Below are positions 59,231-64,000 of a DNA stretch of 64,000 nucleotides, one piece after another. Numbering within the stretch: position 1 is the stretch's first letter; every line of letters begins with the position of its first letter. Below the pieces are notes generated by a model that saw only the letters and a list, made by a program, of their open reading frames with translations, was not told where the DNA came from and did not search any database. The position numbers and the translations under genes were made by a program. The DNA lies in the NCBI RefSeq assembly GCF_031296915.1, contig NZ_JAVDPC010000003.1:77246-141245 (forward strand), read 5' to 3'. The stretch is from Cerasicoccus frondis. Its GTDB lineage: Bacteria; Verrucomicrobiota; Verrucomicrobiia; Opitutales; Cerasicoccaceae.

Positions 59231-61345
59231 CTACAAAGCAGCGGATTCCTTCGCTAGTGCATTGCGAAGATCACGCTCAGTTTTTAAAGGTAATTCACTT
59301 TCACTCGGCAGGAAAGTCGTGTCGCCAGTGATGTAAGCGTACATTAGCTTTTGCTGCGGATTGAGGGAATCACTCGGAGGAGGGAGCTCGGCGTTGATAG
59401 ACTTGGCGATCTCTTTTTCATTACACTTTGCATAGACGTAAGCCAAGGTTCGGTATGCGGTGACATTTTTTGGGTATTCCCCAATCAGTCGCTCGAGGCG
59501 CGTGCGGCAGTAAGCTAGGTCTTTGTCATTAATTGCCTGTAAGTAGATCGTGAAATTGAGCAATTCGGGGCGCTTGCTGAAGCGCTCTGGCTGGATCTGC
59601 CGCAGTAGGATGCCGAGCTCATTTTCGAGCCCAAGCTGATAGGTGAGGATTAAGTAGCGCTCCGCAGCGAGAATGGGGCTTTCTGGTCGGCCAAACAACT
59701 CACGGTAGAAGGCGTGTTGATGGCGAGGTTCAGTATGCTTGACCAGAAGATAGTGGATGTAGTCCCAATCATTGGCGTTAGAGTTTTCGAGACTCTGTAG
59801 GAGGCGCACGGAGAATTCCTTATCGTCATGACGCTCATGGGCGATCATCGCCTGCCAGAAACGGCGCATTGCAGAGTTAATGGGCAAGGGGCGCTCTTTG
59901 TCGAAATCGAGCATTTTCTCGGCTTTATCAAGGTTGGCGTTTTCCGAGAGAATAAGCCACTCAAGATAAGCAAGCGCGTACGTCCCATTGAGGTATACTT
60001 GATCTTCAGTAATCAACTGGTCACGGCCGTAATATATGTCGTAGCGGCTGAGAACTTCGAGTGCATCTGGGATTTCCTTAGGACCATATTCCGCAATGAT
60101 AGCCTCAAATGCCTCTTTCTGTGGTAGGTCGCCAATGAAGGCTGAGAGTCCATTGGCAGCAATGCGGTCTTCTTTTGTGGCCTCCGGGTGCATTATGATG
60201 ATTTCCCTTAGCTGGAGGGTGGTGAAAGGCAAATCTTTGCGGGCAGACCGTGGAAGGCTTAGGGTCAACTTCGCTAATTCCAGCCCTACCGCATCGCTTT
60301 GTTCCAACTCGCTTTTCAAGGTGGAAATCGCCGAGTTTTTCAGTTTTTCATTCTGTGCTCCGATGCCGTATTCAACGTATACGCGGTGCGCCAGTGCGCT
60401 TCGGCTGTCCCCTTCAACCATTTTGATCGATTTAGACATCGCGTCCTCATACTTGTCTTGACGCAAAAGTAGCTCCAACTCCATGTCTGCTGATGTCAGA
60501 CTGGCCGGGTAGCGTGTTCGCATGATGGATAGGTATTTGGCGCCGAGTCCGAGTTGTCCGAAGTTAATCGAGTGCTCGACAACCTGCGCAAGTGAATCGG
60601 GGTCGTAATCCTTGCTCTTTGCGACTTTTTCCGCCCACCAAGTCGTATTCGGGTGACGGAGTTTATCGGCTAAATCCAGCGTTTGCTCTAAGGTCTCCTG
60701 GCTATCTGGTTCGAGGAGTGAGGCTGATCTGGATTTTTCGTAAGCCAGTCTGAGTTGTTCGCGATCACGGAGTGACTGGGCTTCTTCTTTCAAGGTGGCG
60801 GCGCGCCACAGCTTAACTTGTTGAAAGAGCAGTGGGCTGGTCAACAGACCTAGTGCGAGTGAGCAAAAAATGATACCGTAAGCCGTGCGTAGATATACGT
60901 TTTTCTTTTTCCATTCCTTGTAGAGCTTCTTGGGGAAGTCCACCAAGAACTCGAGTACGGTCAGGTAGAGCTCCCATAATTCCAGAACCAGCTCTCGAGG
61001 AGTCATTTTTCGCACCTTTTTGAACCAAGTGCGCACACTTTTTGAGGTTCGTTGGGGGAGGGTGCGTATCCATTTGGCTAAATCGGTAATTTTTAGCCTA
61101 AACTTCTTTGGCGCTTTTGAAATTGAGCGATTGAGCTTGCGAGCATTTTTCTTGCGCTGTTGCTCACGGATTTTTTGTTCGATTGGCCTGCTCAGGCGCC
61201 ATTTGCGGAGACTGCTTCTTTGCAGTTTCCACCATTTTTTCAGTCTATTCTTTTGCCGTTTTGCCCCTTGGGTGCGTAAATAATAGAGCTCGTCGAGCTT
61301 CTGCTTGATCCAAGATGGTCTTTTATTTTTTCGACGCGACTTCAT
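59231..61345 (-). CDS. Hypothetical protein: highly basic N-terminal ~150 aa, one TM helix, TPR-like helical C-terminal domain
   Basis: N terminus MKSRRKNKRPSWIKQK...(Lys/Arg-rich). TM helix YGIIFCSLALGLLTSPLLF. Lower GC than the neighbours. Confidence 0.45.
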   Translation of the reverse strand: MKSRRKNKRPSWIKQKLDELYYLRTQGAKRQKNRLKKWWKLQRSSLRKWRLSRPIEQKIREQQRKKNARKLNRSISKAPKKFRLKITDLAKWIRTLPQRTSKSVRTWFKKVRKMTPRELVLELWELYLTVLEFLVDFPKKLYKEWKKKNVYLRTAYGIIFCSLALGLLTSPLLFQQVKLWRAATLKEEAQSLRDREQLRLAYEKSRSASLLEPDSQETLEQTLDLADKLRHPNTTWWAEKVAKSKDYDPDSLAQVVEHSINFGQLGLGAKYLSIMRTRYPASLTSADMELELLLRQDKYEDAMSKSIKMVEGDSRSALAHRVYVEYGIGAQNEKLKNSAISTLKSELEQSDAVGLELAKLTLSLPRSARKDLPFTTLQLREIIIMHPEATKEDRIAANGLSAFIGDLPQKEAFEAIIAEYGPKEIPDALEVLSRYDIYYGRDQLITEDQVYLNGTYALAYLEWLILSENANLDKAEKMLDFDKERPLPINSAMRRFWQAMIAHERHDDKEFSVRLLQSLENSNANDWDYIHYLLVKHTEPRHQHAFYRELFGRPESPILAAERYLILTYQLGLENELGILLRQIQPERFSKRPELLNFTIYLQAINDKDLAYCRTRLERLIGEYPKNVTAYRTLAYVYAKCNEKEIAKSINAELPPPSDSLNPQQKLMYAYITGDTTFLPSESELPLKTERDLRNALAKESAAL

Positions 61346-61472
61346 CGAGTATATACTCTGATACCGGAGCCAGCCTTGGGGGGCTTGACTCGCAAGGCAA
61401 GTTCATGTAGTCAAAAAAGAAGCCTGCGGCTTTCAAGTTGCCGCAGGCTCAGTGAAATTTGTGCTTTAGAAG

Positions 61473-62276
61473 TTAGGCTTCAATTTCTTGAGTCGCCTTC
61501 TTTTGCTTACGGCGACGATAGATGAGGAATGCGCCCAAGCCGATAACCGATGCTCCAGCCATGTAGGTTGCAGGCTCAGGAATCGCGACCAGTTCACCTT
61601 CCAGTGTGCCTAAGTCACCACCAACAAAGGATGCTCCTACCGGAGTACCACTGTTAACAGCCACCAGATACATCGTATAGCTTTCGGTGTCTGGACCGTA
61701 AAGATTGCCAATGGTGCCGAAGGTGCCAACGAGGTCAAAGCTCAAGTCAAAGGCGCCATTGGCCGATGGGACTGTCAGATAAATGTATTCATTGGCGCTG
61801 TTCGCAAGGACAATACCGGCCAAATTGTTTCCGGTGCCTGAAATTGAGTATGTCGTTGCCTTAAAAGCGTAGCCTAATGGAGCACCATTACCTGGATCAG
61901 GTATATTCAGGCTCTGGATCGTGAATTGACCGATACCGGTGTTATTGAGTGCGAGTGCTGCAGATGTAGGAGATAAAGCACTTACTGAGCCGCCACTGTA
62001 GCCAGCGCCAACACCAGGCGTCATGCCCACGAAAGGAGAGCCATCTTGCTGAATCGTCATACCAACGCCAGGATAGAAGAATGGATTGGTATTAGAAATG
62101 ACCTGTACATTGCCGCCTGAAAAATCTACAGGAGCGAAACCGGTCGTTTCGTCGATTGGTGCGTCTGTGAAGACGAATTCAAGTATTTTGGCCGCATTCA
62201 TCGATGTAGTAACACCAATCGATAATGCAGCGATTCCGAGCAGTTTGTATGGTGAGTAGCGCATAATTAGATTCAT
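61473..62276 (-). CDS. PEP-CTERM sorting-domain protein
   Basis: Signal peptide. C terminus AIPEPATYMAGASVIGLGAFLIYRRRKQKK. Confidence 0.85.
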   Translation of the reverse strand: MNLIMRYSPYKLLGIAALSIGVTTSMNAAKILEFVFTDAPIDETTGFAPVDFSGGNVQVISNTNPFFYPGVGMTIQQDGSPFVGMTPGVGAGYSGGSVSALSPTSAALALNNTGIGQFTIQSLNIPDPGNGAPLGYAFKATTYSISGTGNNLAGIVLANSANEYIYLTVPSANGAFDLSFDLVGTFGTIGNLYGPDTESYTMYLVAVNSGTPVGASFVGGDLGTLEGELVAIPEPATYMAGASVIGLGAFLIYRRRKQKKATQEIEA

Positions 62277-62322
62277 AGTAACTTTATACCCATTTGTGTA
62301 AAGCCAATTTTAGACAATTCTT

Positions 62323-64000
62323 TTAAAGTGCGAGTGCTGCGAGTGCTTCGTCTCGTAGCTGTTTCTCCTCTGGTAATAAAGCCTCGGGTTTGATTGAGGT
62401 TAGCATGCTTTGGGCAATCTCTTTATTTCCTAACTTAATTTCTATCAACGCATTCAGGAGTGTAACGTCAGGCTGTGACCTAAGCCAGGAGGGGACGCCT
62501 GCCAAACGCTGCTCAGCAGCTTGGTAGTCTCCGGAGAGGTATAGGACAAAGGCAATTGTGGCGTTTAGCTCCGGCGCCTCCAGATTTTCCTGCAGTTCGA
62601 TTAAGGTGGCCAGTTGGTCGGCGTCTTTGTTTCCGAGTAAGTTATTGAAATAGAAGTAATTGTTGATGTAGGTGGGATTGTTTGGGAATGCCTCACGCAG
62701 GTCTTTTGAGATTTTCAATGCCTTCGAGGTGTCATTCAGGTGCAAGGCCACTGTGAATTGCTCTCTTTTCAGATTGGCCGCCAGGAGGGGGTTAGATGCG
62801 AGTGCGATGGCATTTTCATAAGCTTGATTAGATAGGTTCCACCAACCTTGGCCTCCTGCCATTCGCGCTAATATCATCATGGAATCAGCTTCCTCAGCTT
62901 CCAGCGTGAGATTGAATGTATTCTGCCAGTCCTGCTTGGAGAGGGTTCGGGTGTCACGTAGTTGGAAGTAGAGTTCAAAGGTCGCTGTTTGCGGTTTCGA
63001 AGCAGAAGAATGTTCAGCAGCCAGAAGATCTTTAAGTTTATTAAAGTCTTGGTTCTGCAGCGCGGTGTAGTATTGCAACTCCCAGAGTTCCTTGGACTCA
63101 GGTATATCATACTGACTGAGTATGGCGTCCGCGTGTTTGGGCTGATTGATGTCAAGCAGCCACTTGCCAACCGCGAGTGGATTTTGCTGGGCTTCGGTTG
63201 CAATGGTCTGGGTGATGATTGATTCGGGGGCGGTTTCGCCAAGCAAGATCATCTGTGTTGCAGCCAATAGTCGTGAGTGAATCGTGCTGTGTGGATGGTT
63301 GTTCAGTTCTTCGATTAGCCATTTCCGCTCTTCGGGAAAGAGTTTGATCTCTGGTCGTGAACTGAGCATTTCCAAGGCAAGTAGCCCGACTTTAGCCTTC
63401 GAGCGGCTAGCCTCTTTTAGCGCAGATTTTGCCTCTATCCAATTGATTACTCGCGACTGCATTAGTAGTATTTGGGCGCGAGTGAACTGGGCGTCCGCGT
63501 TGTTTGGGTCGATATTGAGTACTAAGCCCAGCTCATCAATTGCCGAAACGAGATCGCCGCTTTGAGTGTGATAGCGAACTCGAAGTAGCATGAAGCTCGT
63601 TTCCCCACTCATGCTAGGGGCCATTTTTTCAATGATTTGATTAGCCTGCTCCAATCGGTTCAAGTCCAGGCAGAGTTCTAAATATGTTAGAGAGCTCTCT
63701 TTGAATTGAGTGGATTGAGGGTCTTCTATCAGGGGCTCCAGGGCGGCGAGGGCTGCCTCTGGATCATCTTTCATGGTCGCTTTTGCATAAAGCAGTGAAT
63801 TGTCGCGAGAAGTTGGCTGGAGGAATTTTAGACGCTTGATGTGAGGCAGCGCCTCTTGATTTTGCTTCTCCTGAAGTGCGCGATCGGCCATCTGGTGCTC
63901 ATAGCTAACCCATTTCTTGTAGCCCCAGAAACAGATGAGAGCTGTTGCTAGGATAAGCAGTGTAACTCCGAGCCAAACTGGTGGCTTCTTTGCAAATGAT
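62323..64000 (-). CDS. TPR-repeat protein (PrsT-like partner of the exosortase system); N-terminus runs past the window end
   Basis: Multiple TPR-like helical repeats. The reading frame stays open upstream of the ATG at 63891 through a TM segment (PVWLGVTLLILATALICFWGY) to the window edge. Confidence 0.5.
   Translation of the reverse strand, partial: SFAKKPPVWLGVTLLILATALICFWGYKKWVSYEHQMADRALQEKQNQEALPHIKRLKFLQPTSRDNSLLYAKATMKDDPEAALAALEPLIEDPQSTQFKESSLTYLELCLDLNRLEQANQIIEKMAPSMSGETSFMLLRVRYHTQSGDLVSAIDELGLVLNIDPNNADAQFTRAQILLMQSRVINWIEAKSALKEASRSKAKVGLLALEMLSSRPEIKLFPEERKWLIEELNNHPHSTIHSRLLAATQMILLGETAPESIITQTIATEAQQNPLAVGKWLLDINQPKHADAILSQYDIPESKELWELQYYTALQNQDFNKLKDLLAAEHSSASKPQTATFELYFQLRDTRTLSKQDWQNTFNLTLEAEEADSMMILARMAGGQGWWNLSNQAYENAIALASNPLLAANLKREQFTVALHLNDTSKALKISKDLREAFPNNPTYINNYFYFNNLLGNKDADQLATLIELQENLEAPELNATIAFVLYLSGDYQAAEQRLAGVPSWLRSQPDVTLLNALIEIKLGNKEIAQSMLTSIKPEALLPEEKQLRDEALAALAL

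Overview
This is a 64 kb, GC-rich (~60%) bacterial chromosomal segment. The gene content points to Verrucomicrobiota (two PEP-CTERM proteins, an exosortase/EpsI fusion, TPR partners and a Big_2 surface protein), but that assignment is an inference. Most of the window is ordinary housekeeping and carbohydrate-active genes: clpB, nadA, proS, valS, dps, folB/folP, an ABC ATPase/permease pair, aldo/keto reductases, a GH1 beta-glucosidase, a LacI regulator, esterases, methyltransferases, an MscK-like channel and a GspE-like ATPase. The main non-routine feature is a dense array of about 17 tRNA genes at 28.1-30.7 kb, flanked and interrupted by AT-rich DNA. Most of them carry an encoded CCA. By manual folding, several look non-canonical: C33 anticodon loops, class I/class II architecture that does not match the anticodon, and a 6-nt anticodon loop. 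The array is punctuated by a conserved tandem-hairpin repeat and a repeated promoter-like element. Just downstream lie an SPFH protein with five N-terminal tandem repeats, a small HNH endonuclease and an unknown protein. Other notable features are a low-GC two-gene islet (lipoprotein plus a membrane/zinc-ribbon protein), a low-GC in-frame ~94-aa insertion inside valS, several long inverted-repeat (MITE-like) elements in intergenic regions, and a tandem palindromic repeat. Several track ORFs are antisense or repeat artifacts and are listed as rejected. All RNA folds and domain calls were made by eye and need computational confirmation.
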